64,000 nucleotides of DNA from Podarcis tiliguerta (Eukaryota): the NCBI GenBank assembly GCA_965153285.1, contig OZ229116.1. The stretch is one strand, 5' to 3'. Shown here in pieces: positions 12,385-27,028 of this stretch (the stretch's first letter is position 1; each line of letters begins with the position of its first letter). The position numbers were made by a program, and so were the translations under genes. A model generated the notes under the pieces. The model worked only from the letters and a program-made list of their open reading frames with translations, was not told the origin of the DNA and did no database searches.

Positions 12385-15300
12385 TGTGCTCATACATAAC
12401 CGACTTAGCACTGCATTGAATTCAACCCTATAAATTTAAATTGGCAATCCTAGTTACCTGGTAGTAAGCCTCACTGAACATAGCAGAAAAGGCATAGGAT
12501 TGCAAGGTTGCTATTCCTTTTTCTTGAATGCTGCGACCATTCAGAGTATCTGTTTGTGGGGAAGGAAGGTGGAGTGTAAATAGAATTGAATGGCTGATGC
12601 CTGTTTGTTTGAATCAACATTCTGTTCTTGTAGGCTTTATAATGGCTTTCAGTCCTCCCATGTGCAGTGTGATTCTAGAAGAGATATTTGTAGAGAGTGG
12701 AAAGGAGGGAGACTGTTTTGCTTTCTGTGTTGATTAGTTGCCTTTGTATCACTCCTGCTAGCTGAAAAGTGATAAATTATAGAACTATATATTTGGTGAG
12801 TAAAGTGCTGCAGTAAGTTGATGGAAGCTCTAACTGACTATTCAGCAACTCAAATGAATTTTGTAGGAACATAAAGCAAATGTTCTGGCTATCATTACAC
12901 AGATCACATTTTGGATGATTAAGTCCATGCGCCAAAACTTATATTTAATTTAATTCTAACAAAGGCAAACTATAACAGCAGTAATTGTATTTCTTTAAAA
13001 AAAGAAAAACCCACCACACACACCAATTAGCAGTTTTGCAACTGTTGCAGTGCGATAGGCAGATGCTAAAATGCTGATGTGGCAAGAGTGAAGGTAGACT
13101 TTTATGAGCACTGTCAGTTATGGTAGTGAAAGACCAAACAACAGATTTAAAAAGACAGTTTGATCTCTCCAGGAAGATCCATGATTAGAAGGGCTTTATT
13201 GATGACAGATGTTAATGACACATGGCTGCTTTTAGATTTTGAAGCCCCAGCTGTTAATTTAGATGGAGATTACCCAACACTGGTGTTTGCAAAATGTCAA
13301 GGTGTAACTTAGCACTCAATATGTCAAATGACATAGTTTTTCATTTCAGTTATTTCTAAATAAACCCTTGCACATAAAACTTAATTGATAGCTTCATTTT
13401 CTATTGTCAGCATTTTGATGCATGTCTCAGATCCAGTCCTATTTGTCGTGTCTTGTCAAACTCCAATTAGCTGTGTTTACAAGACTTGTAAAAGAGCAGT
13501 GAAATATTTGAAATGCACACTTAAGCCATAGAAATGGCAAGTGGGAAATATTTATTAGTAATTCTTAACAAAGAGTTTTATTAAAACCATGAACTTGAAC
13601 ACCACAATCTAGCAAGAGTGACGTGCTCATAAAAGCAGACTGGCAGTGACATATCTCCAGCTGAACTGGTAGCTGGGTGCATGAAAGGTTGCTGAGCACA
13701 TCATTTCCGGGACCAGGGCTGCCTACATGGTTCACAACTATGGAGAGATAGCACATGCAGCACCAAACAGATGTTCATTAGCACTGTCAGTTTTGATAGT
13801 CTACTGGGTGCAGATAATAATTCCACTCTTACACCATGAGGAGGAAAGAAGGCTTGAATTTAGGCCCTCATTTCTCTCCAGCTTTGATCTGTGGGGTGGC
13901 TAGAAACATTGAGAAACATGCAGCGGTGACCAGGTAGCCCATTGTTGAGAATGCATTTCTCATTTTTGAGGTCAAAGTAATTTCCACCATGAAATAATGC
14001 ATTACAGCACTATGACTGACAGCTGCAACAAAATGTTCCATTGTGTCCTCATGCACTAGTAGGCATTGCAGCCAGGCAACTATGTTGCTACCCAGGATAT
14101 TAAAAATGTAAAGCAGACCAGTTTATTTTTTATTTTTTTTATTTTAAAAAGTACTTCTATAGCACTATATCACAATGTATATCAATGCTGTGTACACTAT
14201 AAAAAAAAGACTGAAAATTTAAATAAGTAATCATTCAGGTGCCTGACTAATCAACTGCAAAGGTCTGTTGACGCACAAAAAGGCTTCAAGAAACACCTGA
14301 AAGGCTAAAGTGAGGGTGTCTTCAGATATCACAGTAGTATTTTCAGTCTCATTACTGCTTTTGCATTACTCAGCCCACAAAGAAAATTCCCTCTTGGTGA
14401 TGTAGCCCTACTGCTGTTAAACTTTCTAGGGCTGATGCACCATTACCACCTCCAAGATGTTGGTATACTGAAGCAAAGATTCTGGAAACAGGTTGCCCTT
14501 AGACAGGGTGAGTGTTTTCTGTACATGCACAGCAGATTGTGGCATTAATCGTGAAGCTGCTCTAGGACCTAAACGCAACTGTTACAGTGTTGTTGCATGC
14601 TAATGGCTGCAATCCAACTAACTTCTAAAAATGTCAAAGGATTATGGGGCCCAGCAACAGGCACAGAGAGGACAGAAGGCAGAAAATGGCAGGCAGGCAG
14701 CTACCACTTGCATAATAAATGATTCCTTTTTAGCTAGCCAACTCTTTTTCATGTGAACTCTAATTTCATCTGGAGAATTTATCTCTTCCACTGCTGTGGA
14801 CCATAAAATAGGTTTGCAATGTTGTTAGTATATACTGTGCACTATGCTGCATCAGCACTCTCGAAGCAGTGCTTTTTTCTCCAAAAACAAGCGAGCAAAA
14901 CCACTACCGTAAGTGCTATTTACCAAGCCCAAATAAGATCCACTCAATGGGCTCTTGAAGTAACTCTGCTACTAGATAAAAATGACTAGAGAAGCTGAGA
15001 AATCATTTCCCTTAAATTCAACACAATAAATATTTGACCAGACTCATTGAAGATTAATTGTTACTCTGTATGCTCAGATAGGGCATTTTTTATTCTTCTG
15101 TTAATGTATTTACATTTTTATGTTCTCCTATTCTGAAAATTCAGATTACTGTAGTGAGATGCAAGGAACAAGACCACATTTCAATTTAAATTCACATAAT
15201 CTCTGTTGTCTTAACCTCTCAGCACCAAATGGCAGAACAAACAGAGGAACTTTGCATACTTCATTAGGAAAACCGTACAGTCTTCAGACTGCGGAAAGAT

Positions 15301-17349
15301 TTCTATGCTTGTGACTCAAGTGGACACCTTTCTGTGAGTCTTTGTTAGCTGATCACAATTCACCTTTAGGGATAAATTGTTAATCTTGATTAATAACAGT
15401 TGCAATGGCAGCTAGAGAAGGGTATAGTCAGTTACATATGTAGCGGAGCTCTAGCTCATTATGGCTTTTTGTCAAAATCAAGCATGTTGAATTGATGGAA
15501 ACCAACAGGAGGCCGGTGTGAAGAGCTGAGCCATTCTTGTTACATGTGGAGCTGCATCATTTGTACAGACGCCTGCCAAAGGTAGCAAAGAAGCACATTG
15601 TATTAAGATAATTCCACCTGATTCAGTGCTATTTGGTGCCTCCCAAAGAGACTTTTGCCCTGACCTTTTCAGGTGCTTTCCAGGCTTCAGGCTGCACCCA
15701 AGCCTCTTAGGAAGACTCTTGCCCTTCATAAAAACTCTGAATAGATGCAGATGCAGTGGAGAAGAGCCATTTCATGGTTGCAAGGAGGATGCCTCTGTGG
15801 AAAGACTTCCCACTCCACCGGCAGACCTCCCTCTCTAACTGTGGAGTGGGAAATTCATGCTCTTATATGCTCCAGGGACACCCTCCCAGAGATCGTAGAA
15901 TCAGACTTAATCGGCATAGACTCCAGCCTTAATCATACATTAGGTGATATAGCGCATTGCAATATTTTATATGAAAGTTTGGTTTAAATTGTTTAAACAA
16001 ATGAATGAATTATATTAGGCTAACTGAATTTTAGTCATTGTCCATTCTGCACCGGGTCCCTCTTCCCAACGTACACTTGGGTCCCCTTGCCACAAGGCTT
16101 CTGACTACAGGCCTAGGTGCTGGGAGATTGTAGGAGAGAGCTGTAAGACTTTTGTTTCCTTTAGCAAATATTTATTACTGTGATAAGGGGGGTGGGGCTT
16201 AAGTGGAAGGTTTAATCATTTATTTTAAATTGGGTGGGGGACTTTTCCACATTATGCCTGTCAGTGAAATTCTTCCCACTGAGTTTTATATAAGCATCTT
16301 CTTCTAGAGCAATGACAATATATTTTTTTTTCTTTTCGTTTAGAAAAGTATTCATTTAAAGTAGTATATTTTAAATTATAACTTCTTGCTGCCCTGGGCT
16401 CATTCCAACAAGCCCTCCTTTCAAAAGGTGAAGCCTGCTGTTGTTAAAAGATATCCAATCTCAGGTATTAGATTTGCTGACTTTCACATATAGCTTGAAA
16501 AATGAAATGTATTTTTTACATTGGAGCAGCTTCAAAATTATGGTTTGTTTAGTTCACAGATTACACCTCCAAGAACATTCATTTCTTTAACAAAGTGCTT
16601 CCAATAGAAGCATTTTTGTTCTGGTCTGATATTAAAGCCCTCTGACATAATTCCAGGAGCATGAATGTGGTTAGGATTGATAGAATAGTTTCATCAGGTG
16701 TGCCAAGAATATACAGCACATTGCAATTAGTCTCTGAAGAGTGGCAATTTTACATTTGCCATCTTCCCCCAAGAGCCATGACAAATGTCATTTTTGTTTT
16801 TCCCCCAATAACTCCCAACATCCAGGGCTTCATTTAATGCAGGAGTCAGTGTGCTGTAGCCTACTATTAATACATGGCTTAATACCTGGAATTTGTGATG
16901 TAATAGCAAGGAAGAAATACCTTTGATAGATTGCAGGATGCTTTCCCTTCACAGCTGAGAAGCTGCAGCCAGTCAAGCGCACCATCATTTCCATTTCCAA
17001 TGTTCTGAGGTTGTGCGGAGAGGAGCACAAAAACAATACTTGTAGTCTCCCATGGAATCTGAGCTTGCTGGCCGCAGTCATTGCAAGGGCTTAGCTAATT
17101 TGGGTGTTTGCTTATGCCACCATTTCTAGCTCTAGAGATTAGTGACACGTGTAAGGAGATATTCCTAGCTTGTCCTGTAGGACTGAGTCTGATAAGATGT
17201 ATGCATATGTTTGCTCGTAAAATGTTCATATGGCATCTAGAATGGGGAGTTACACAAAGCCTTTTAATTTCAGCATGGTGACCATGGTGGATGCTAGAGA
17301 AGAGCTACCCAGTATGTTACTGCATGTATTCCAATGTTCACTTTGAAAG

Positions 17350-17576
17350 TGATGATGATGATGATGATGATTTATTACTTATACCCCACCCATCTGGCTG
17401 GGTTTCCCCAGCTACTCTGGGCGGCTTCCAACAAGAGATTAAAAATACATTAAAACATCAGTCATTAAAAACTTCCCTAAACAGGGCTGCCTTCAGATGT
17501 CTTCTAAACATCAGGTAGTTGTTTATTTCTTTGACATCTGATGGGAGGGCGTTCCACAGGGCAGGTGCCATTACCG
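17350..17576 (-). mobile_element. L2-like LINE 3' end with microsatellite tail
   Basis: cccatctggctgggtttccccagc...ctgggcggct stem-loop. Same family as 46085-46452 and 38830-38962. Confidence 0.8.
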
Positions 17577-18937
17577 TGATGCTTTTGGAAGTTATGCTTT
17601 TGGAAGACAGAAACATTTTTTGGGGGGGACCCTAAACTTGAGAATATTCTCCTATTTCAACTACATTTCTGCCATTGTTTCCCTTCTCTGCTGCTGCTTT
17701 TCATTATAGAACCCTCTTCCTTAGTTAGTCACATGGTCAATCCCAGCCACTAAGGAATTACATAGGGAGCAGGATGACATCATAACATGATGTGGCTAAT
17801 CAGATTTGATTATGTGTTGATGTCACTGGTGGATAACTAAGCCAATGCATTGTCCTCATTCTAAACAGAATCCTTTCTCTCCCTTTCAACACCATCTTCA
17901 AAGACTGCCGAAAAAGGGAGAGCTTTTCAACACTGTCCAAAATCTTCACAAAAGGAACCCCCTCTATGACTCTTCCCTGTTCTAGAGTATTTACTACTGC
18001 TCATTGTGTTTGGATACAGTTATTTTTTTACTGAAATGGCAGTCAAAAACTCAAAGCACGGTGCCAAGCAGTGCTTAAATGCTTTTTGTTGTTGTTGGTA
18101 ACTTGCCCTGCTTTGGACAGGAGCACAACAATGGCTACCCTGCTGAGAAATGTTGCGTTCTTTTGAGCTTTGTTCTTTTTCTCTTCACAGACCTACTTGA
18201 AGTTCAATGGATAAGCTTTAACAAAAAGAGCAAGAGGATTGCTGTGTTGTTTGTGATAGGATTTTTTTAAAATCCAGAACTGATGTCTTCATTTCCTCCA
18301 CATCAATTACTTGCCCCACCATAAAGCTCCACTGTTTAAATGGAGAGGGTTTTCTGCTTCCTCAAAACTCTGCAGGGTATGCTTTCCTCTTTGTTTATTT
18401 CTCTTGGAGGAAAGCCTGTTTTCCTGTCTTTTTGTGTGATTAAAATTGTCTTTTCAATGCCGCCCTATGGGCCACTTTCAGCACAGAACAATGCAATGAA
18501 TAAAATTAATCAAAGTGGTAACAAAGGATCAGAGTTCTTTTCACGAAGTGTCATTTCTACAAACATTGTTATGAATTCTTCTAATATAAATGGAAGCATG
18601 TTATCCAAGGGAAACATATAAACAATTTTGAGAGAGAGAAATAGTTTAAGGGCTTTTTATTATTAAGCTGCCTTTTAAATTTCAAGCTAAATTTAGCACT
18701 GAAGAGATGAGTCGCCCAGCATTTAAAAAGGGAACATTTTTATGCCACCCCAAATCTGACAGCTCAGTGCTTTTGTTGCTGTAAGAGAACATAGCTTCTA
18801 TCTTTACCACTTTTATAAAGGTAAGCATTCCCTCAACAGCAGTTATAAGTAATTCCTTAGCAGCAGTGTAGTGGGGTGACTTTATTCTGCTTTCGTTTGT
18901 GAGTCTGTTCACATATGATATTTGCCAGACCAAAATA

Positions 18938-19179
18938 CAGTGGTACCTCAGGTTAAGTACTTAATTCATTCTGGAGGTCCATTCTTAACCTGAAACTGTT
19001 CTTAACCTGAAGCATCACTTTAGCTAATGGTCCCTCCCGCTGCCATCATGCCGCCGGAGCATGATTTCTGTTCTCATCCTGAAGCAAAGTTCTTAACCCG
19101 AGGTACTGTTTCTTGGTTAGCGGAGTCTGTAACCTTAAGCGTATGTAACCTGAAGCGTATGTAACCCGAGGTACCACTG
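18938..19179. mobile_element. Tc1/mariner (Tigger/pogo-like) MITE
   Basis: TA|CAGTGGTACCTC...GAGGTACCACTG|TA. Confidence 0.9.
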
Positions 19180-22003
19180 TACAGAAATCATAGAATTAAA
19201 CTCCAGTGCCCCAATCTAGCTAGGGAACTCTGCACATTTCAAAGCAAACTTCTGGATACACATCCTTAGGTGGACAGAGAACTTTGTGACCAACTAATGC
19301 TGAGCATATGGTTCCTGTCTGTGTTTGGAAAGCTCATTTTTTAAAAGGACTTACTCTACTTTGGTCATTCTATCTGAAAAGGAACTAGTCGTAGTTTGTC
19401 CTTTTACAAAGTGGGCTAATCCATTTCAGGTTCATCCAAGCCCCTGTGCTGGGATGGAGAAGATATTCCCTTCTGAGTCTCTGGAGAAAGTCAGCACAGA
19501 CAGGGAAATAAATCTCATTTCAGTGAACTTGCTCGCTTCAGCCCCAACAGAGCTGAAAACACAGGAAGCTCCTGTAACGGAACTACATTATTCTCTCCAT
19601 CCCTCCCCTCCCCTTTCATGCATATGCTAGAAAAGGCTGTTATAGCTGACAGAGAAAGAACTGCTTGGCTTTAGTAAGGACTTAATAAAGCAAGAAGTAT
19701 GCTTAATGTTTACAGAAGTGTCCTTGAGCTGGATCACAGGTGGCTGGTGATGAACTATGTAGATACTTAGATGTTTTAAATCTGTTGTTATTTTATTTTT
19801 AATTGTATTGTTTGCCAAACTGGGCTTCTTTGGGAGGAAATGTGGGATATAAGTTTAGTAAGTAAGTAAGTAAGTAAAACTGGAATCAAAAGAAGCTGCT
19901 TTAACTTTCAGGGAGAGGGAAGTATCACTGGCATTGGCTCAGGGTATTCCGAGTGTGGTCTAATAACTAATGCCTAATAAAAGCTGTGAGGTGAGCAATT
20001 CCTCATGACTATGTCCATGTATATAAAGGGAGAGGAGGGCTGTAGAAAGGAAAGCACCCCCTTTGACATGCCCCTGCCCATAGAAGTCCAAGAGGCACCA
20101 GGTTGGCTTCCCCTGCCATATAGACACAGGCTGTAATAGAGGGAGACAAACGTTTTTTGTATTTTGCCTTGAGCTCCACATGGCATGCCTCAGAAAGCAA
20201 ACAGACTACAAAAACCATCCTGTTTTTGTGAAAAATTGGCAAACAGCTTAAAAAGGTGGAACACTTTCAGCTTCCTAACAAAACTGAAGAAAACACCCAA
20301 CCCAGAATTGTTGTGAGGTGAAGAGAAGAGGAAGTAGGAAGCAGGTGCTGATTATAGCTAGAACAATCTTGGTGGCATCTCATGAAGGCTTATGCAGATA
20401 TTATTATTATCATTATTATCATTATTTCCTTAAATTTCTATACCACCCATCACCCAAAGACTACAGAATAGTTCACGGAATTACAATGTGGTCTCTTATG
20501 AGACAATTCTTAAAGCTTGGGATTCCTAAGAAGAGAGTACCTACGATAATTTGAGTTTCCCACCATGGGACTGAGTGGAAAGGTGTGGAGGGAGTGCTCC
20601 ATGTGCAAACTGAAAAGAGAACTTTCAGCACTGGAACTGTCCCTCTGCATTACCAGTAGTTTCAAATGCAATGGCCAAAGTGAGGCATATACCTTTCGTA
20701 GCTGTGTTCCCTCCCCCCCCAAAAAAAATCAGATGTAGAATAAGGGGGTCTGCATGTATCTTTATACCTCCATGCACACAAAGGGTAAGTGACATCCTAT
20801 TGAACAGGATAGCTAGTGAACACAATGATTCACTTGTTCTACTGGGCTTATAGAAGGCTGTGCTTTGCACAGTCACATAAGTGAAAATTTAAGATAGCTG
20901 AGTCAGAACACATTGGTGACACCTTGGGGGCAATTTGATGTACAAAGAACCACACTGTGTTCTGGACAACTCTTCGAAAGCAATTTAAGTCAGGATTTAG
21001 GGGATAATAATCTAGATATATCTTGAAAAATTCACAAAACTTCCCAAATCAACTTTATATGTTGCTGAGTTGTTTGGCCAGAACAAATTCAATAAACACT
21101 AGAGATGATTTCTCTTCAGTCATTATAATGAATACAGTGTACCAAATTATTCCTATAGCAAAATAAGAGAGTAGCAATTTGGAAACTGAAGAGCAGTATT
21201 TTGCTTGTTTTATCTGTAGAACTATTTTAGGTATTTTCTTTCTTTTTAATAAAAAAGAAGCCTTGTTTGCTTTGAGTAAAAAGCCTTTTAAAGACCCATA
21301 CATTCAATATTAGCTGTTACTATAATTTGCTTTTATGTCTGTTTTAGAATGATTGAGTTGGTGTGTCTGTGAATGTTGCTAGTTTCCATTAGAGATCACA
21401 TTGGAATACTTCAGTCTGTTGTGGTTATATATCAATAGTTCCTTTTCATAAAATGTTTGCGTTTCTTTGTAATTACTGGTGAATCATGTATTGTGTGATT
21501 TTTCAGTAACACTTGCTATTTAAACTGAATAAAGTGTGTGTGCATACACACACACACTCCCCCCTTTTCCTATTTCCAATTTAATTCAGAAAATGAATGC
21601 TAGTAATGTAACTTTGAAAACATACTATTGAGAGCATTTTTACTGCATTATTCAAAGTAAGTTCTTACTATTATGAGAGTAAATGCACATTTTTAAAAGG
21701 ATTACAATAAATGCATAAACCTGGAAAAATATATTATTCCTGCACAATATTTAAACCAAGTAATTATTCTTTAACTAAGAGGGGATCGTATCACTGTACC
21801 TGTGATTTCAAGAAGGTTTCATTTTTCCTTATCCTATTTTATGTTTAGTTTCCATATTGGTAATTTAGGTTGCAGTTCTGCACATATATCTGGGTGTAAA
21901 TCCCATTGAACTCAGTGGGACTTACATATCTGAGTATTGTGAAGAAACTATTATATTCACTAAGTAGTGGGCTCAGTAGCTGACAGTTCTGAAATGCCCA
22001 AAG

Positions 22004-22140
22004 CAGGACTTTTTTTTCAATAGGAACTTGCTGGATCTCAGTTCCAGCACCTCTCAAGTGGGCACCATTGCCATTATAAGAGAACAGGGGAGGCATTCAT
22101 GGTGAATTCCAGCACCTCTTTTTCTAGAAAAATAGCACTG
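22004..22140. mobile_element. hAT MITE
   Basis: CAGGACTTTTTTT...AAAAATAGCACTG termini. TSD gcccaaag/gccaaagg (6/8). Confidence 0.7.
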
Positions 22141-22344
22141 GCCAAAGGATACTCCTGTCTCTCAGGACTGCTACCCCGAGAAACTGAACCCGCTTGTCCC
22201 CATATTGACCACTAATCCTGCACTGAAACTAGAAAAGGGTGGGCAGCTAAAACCCAACTTACAAATGTGACTGTGAGGAAAGCCTTTTAGCTTCAGGTAG
22301 TTGGCTTGTGACCTCCCCACCCACCCAGCAACACTACATGTGGC

Positions 22345-22460
22345 TAGGGCTGCCATATGTCTAGAATTTCCCAGACATGGGCAGGATTCGGCCATCTGAA
22401 ACAGTGCCTGGGCAGAATTTGCTTAAATGTCCCGGAAAATCTGGATGTATGGCAGCCCAT
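22345..22460. mobile_element. hAT-type (TAGGG-terminus) MITE remnant
   Basis: tagggctgccatatgtc...gatgtatggcagccc inverted repeat. Confidence 0.55.
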
Positions 22461-25400
22461 GTTGGAAGTGTAGATTTCGGCAAATTTCCTTAAAAATAGC
22501 TCAGAAATTTTTCTTTGAGATTGCCACCAGCAATGCTTCAACACCCCACCTGCTGCTTGTGGTGTGGGTTGCACAGCATCCTTATGGTCGGCTTGAAAAT
22601 TTGGTTTTAAATAATAAGAAAATCAATAAAGGCATATTAAAGTGTTACAGGCAGAACTGGAGGAGGCAGAACTGGCTAGAAAGGACCTCTGCTGCAAAGG
22701 GGCCTTGGGGCAGCTGCTCTAATTGATCTCAAATTAAATTTGAGCTAGAATGTGATGCTACTGCCCAAAGTCAAATCCCACTGCAGATTATCCTTGATTT
22801 TTTTAAAAAAACTGAAATCTTTGCAAAACGCTATTGCCAAGAATCGTGCTCTGATTCTGTTTAGCTCTTCATGTAATGAAAGTGTCCTAGAGGTCTGAAA
22901 ATGAAACTCAAGGACCTTCTGTCATTGAGTCATACTTTTGTGATACAGCTGCAAATTAGTAACTGAATTGTGATCCAAAACTGCATGACTGAGGCAAGCA
23001 GGAAAAATGAAAGTAGTCTCATACTGAAGTAAACAAGGAACATGAAATGGGGGGGGGGGGGTGAAACTACCAAAAGTACAAATCTTTGTTGTAGTTACTC
23101 TTCTGTATCTTATAACCACCAAAGTCTTTGGTGCCCCTTTTGAATAATAAACCCACTTTCTGAAGATTGGGGAGGGGGGTTGAGAATGCCCCAGCACTGT
23201 CCCTGTATGCAACTTCTGGTTTTACCAGTGTATAATAGTATGCATTTTTTATTCACTTTCCAATAATGCCTATTCCCTAAAATAGGTACTGTACTGTTTA
23301 ATGCATGAATATCTCATATGCTAGTTACCACATTTATATTTCAACTACAGGATTTTAATAGAAAATTTGAGAACTTGGATTTTTCTTTGGCTCGAAAAAA
23401 TCCTTCAGCTATGTGACATAAGTTGACTCCAAATCCTTCCTATCCTTTAAATATTGGTAAATAAATGAAATGCAAAGATAATATCAGAACTGGTTTGCTG
23501 CTTTTTAAAAAATCTACTGAAGAGGCACAGAACATTTTTCTATAATAGCCCAAGCATAAATGTATTCCCATTTCTTGTTGTGCATATTTTATCTATTTAT
23601 CATGGGTCAAATGTCATAGTGTGTCACTGCTGGTTACCTATATTGGCCTGAGGTTGGGTGGTGGGGAGGTTGGGGACATGTAAGGGCACTGGCAGAATCC
23701 AATATGCCTTCAAGTGTATCCACATGGCTTTGACCATGCTGCCATCCTGTTGAGCGCTGCCCCATCCAGGTTTCTAGACAGTGGCTCCTTCTCCCCATGC
23801 ATGCTTCTATTGCATTTGAAAATGATGATGGAATGAGGCTTGACACAATCAGGATAGGAGTAAGAGTTGGAAGCGCTTACATCTCAAATTTCCCAAACCA
23901 GCCTCTAGGCCAACAGGTTTATGGGACAACCATTTATTTAGAACACAGGAGCAGAACAGGTTGGCTTTATAGAACAAGTTTCCTGCATTATTCCTTATTA
24001 TTCACTTTCCTATCACTCCTTATTGCTATTGACATCAGGCAGATGTGTTTGCTGTACCTTTTTTTTGGTGTCTGCTTACAACATTTTTTTGTTTCAGCAA
24101 GCCTATCCAGACATGCAGAATGTTGTCATATATGTTAATCTCATTTTGGTTTACTGTTTATTTTAATAATCCCTAAAAGGTTTGTAACTACCTGATTTTG
24201 TCTTTTGTTGACAATTTTAACGTGGTTTGTATTTTGTTATCCTCTTAGAGGTTTTGTTACCAACAAGCAGTATATCCGTTTTGTTAAATAACAATAAAAT
24301 GAATATTTTTGCCTGAGGTTGCATATAAAACTTGGTTGCAGGAGAAAGTCAATGGCAGGAGAAAGTGAAGGAATGCATTGACCTCATGGAATTGGCAACA
24401 TTTATTATTAGTAGTATTAGTATTAGTATTTAACTAAAGTTTCAGTGGGACTGGGTAACAGCTGGATTTGTCATGAAAGTAGAAGTTGCTTCAGGTGGCC
24501 AAGCCATTACCCATCTGTTGGCATGTGGCTCGTGTCATTATTATTAGTGAAAGCATGAAGCAGGTTGTCCTCTATACTTGGCGTTACATGCTAACTCCTC
24601 ATCTTTTAAACTATCCTGACCAGAGACCCATGTTACATAGAAGCTGCTGGCATAGCATCAGTTTTTGAAACAGAGTGGGGTGGGGGGAAGCCAACCAGCT
24701 GTTTCCCAAGACTCAGTCTGTGTGCCGTCACTGCTCATGCTGTCCCAAAGATGCGATGGGAAGGAAAGAAAAGAATTTTTCCCTCCCGTGAGTTGCTCTG
24801 CTTCCTAAAGTTTGTGCTGTTAGTGGGACTAAGATTAATTCTTGATAATTTTGAGAAACAGGAAGAGCTGCTGAGTGTTTCACCTGTATATACCAGCCGC
24901 TCCAAATACCAAATACTTACTTTTTGGCCTGTATCTTACATTTTCTCTAAAATGTTCCTTCTTCAAAGAGGACTTTGTGATCAAAGCAGACATGTTTCTT
25001 CTTGCAATAGGAATTTGTTTGCTTGCTTTCCCCAGTAAGCTGATATATGTGAAATACAGGAAGATGATCTGCATCATAACCGTTTTGCTGAGAAAGGTTA
25101 ATAGCATGCTTATTAAAGTAGAGATGGTTTTCTGCATTCTGTTTCAGTGTGGCATTCAGCTGCCATACGTTGCCCCCATTAGATATTTTGGAAAAGCACT
25201 GCTAAATTATTTTAGCTCCTTGAAGTTCCTTAACTAGCAAAAGGTTATACCAGAGTTCATGATTATGGCTTTAATTTTACTGGAAATGATGCAAGATCAC
25301 TTTGGAAATCTATGAAGAGTTTTGTTTAATATCTCTTCTTCTGTGGCCTGGGAATTAAAAATAATATGCTTAGATGGAAATATAGTGTAGACTATTAGGA

Positions 25401-26849
25401 GCTATGCATTAACACTGTTTTACTAGAAGCGCATCATATTCTAATGGTGTCATTGCACTTTTTTATTGAGTTAAGTCACATGGATCAAATAGCCATTCAT
25501 CTGGTCAGAGGGGAATTACTTGGCACAGAATGAACTGAAGAATTCCAAAAAGAGGAACAATTCCTCCCAAATAATAATTTTCACCTGAGCCATGGTAAGC
25601 AGCTTGAGTGATTCAGATGCTATCACCTTTGCAGCTACTGCTCTTTCAACAAACTATCATGAAAAGGAAGCGACTGCCTTAAAGATATTCAGATGATACA
25701 ATTTCACGGTTATCATTGTATTACTGCACACATACCTTTCATACATGACACACACACAAAGCGGCTCCAGGCAGATTAATGGAAGCTAGACCGTTCCACT
25801 GACACCATGTTTGATGTCATGAGCGCGCGCGCGCGCATGCACACACACACACTTTCAATGTCTCCCTACTTCCCTGCCCCCCCCCCCCAATATCAAATGG
25901 GGGTGCAGGGAAGTAGGGAAGTGCATGGCATCTTGGGTGAAGCCAGGATGGAATGTAGGCTGCTATTGAGAACAAATCTGGGTCATGGACCACAGTACCA
26001 CTATTCTCCCCCCCCCCCCCAATAAAAGAACACCGTGTTTGACACTGGCTTCACTGTTTATTTTCAAAAGTATGTCAGGCATCCTACACAGTGATCCTTT
26101 AAAGTTTTCTTTTCTTTTCGTTTCTTTTCGCCCTGTGATAATAGAGCCTGAAAATACATTTCAGTAAATTTGATAACAAACTGTTATTGTAAAGTGTTCA
26201 TGATCATGGATATCTGGTAGCTATTAGCTATTATACATTACCATGGTGACATTTATATGGTGTTATGGGGTTCTTATCCAATAATATTGCCTTTCTTGAG
26301 AAAGGTTCAGCTTGAGCACAGTTCTGCTCCTTGTTGCATGACTTCCCTAATATATTGGATAGATATATACCCTGAAAAGTGGGACTCAGTGGCAACAGAG
26401 TGTTGCAGTATGGATGCTCCTGGTTAGTGTGCCATTCAGTCATCTGTACCCTCTCCCAGTATATTTATTTGATTCTTTCTGTTATTGTGCACCACCCCTA
26501 ACATGGCCACAGGGTATGCTCTTTGGGCTGTTTTGGAGTTCCCCTCTTAGGGTCTCCCACCTCCTCGGCCATATGTTTAAAATTGTGAAAACATTTGTCA
26601 CCCCTTATGGATTTTTTGAAAGCTTTTGTTATATACTTCCAAGAAATTTTGGGTTCCCCACGAGTCTTCTCTTGACCCCTGAATGGTGATGTTTTGTCAA
26701 ATGTAAAAAGTCAGGCTAGCTGACTTTTGTCACCAGTCTGAGCAGCCCTGAGTATGTGTAGGCTTCCTTGATGTGATCCAGGAGGGCTCCTCTTATGTGC
26801 TATCAATAGAACATCTATATAATCATATAGCAAAAGAAGATCTGTAGAG

Positions 26850-27028
26850 GGCAGGACAGTAGCTCTGTGGTAGAGGTTGAACACAGAAGGTCCCAGGTTC
26901 AGTCTTGAGTTTGGCTGGCAGAATCATCTACCGGAAATCCAGGAGAGCCATGACCACCATCTGTTGACAATGCTGAGCTAGATGGGCCCATGCTCTGACT
27001 CAGGGCGAGCCAGCTTCATATGTTCCTA
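26850..27028 (+). mobile_element. Squam3-like tRNA-derived SINE, degenerate
   Basis: A box tagctctgtggtaga, B box ggttcagtc, tail ctgagctagatgg...cagcttcatatgttcct. Confidence 0.7.
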
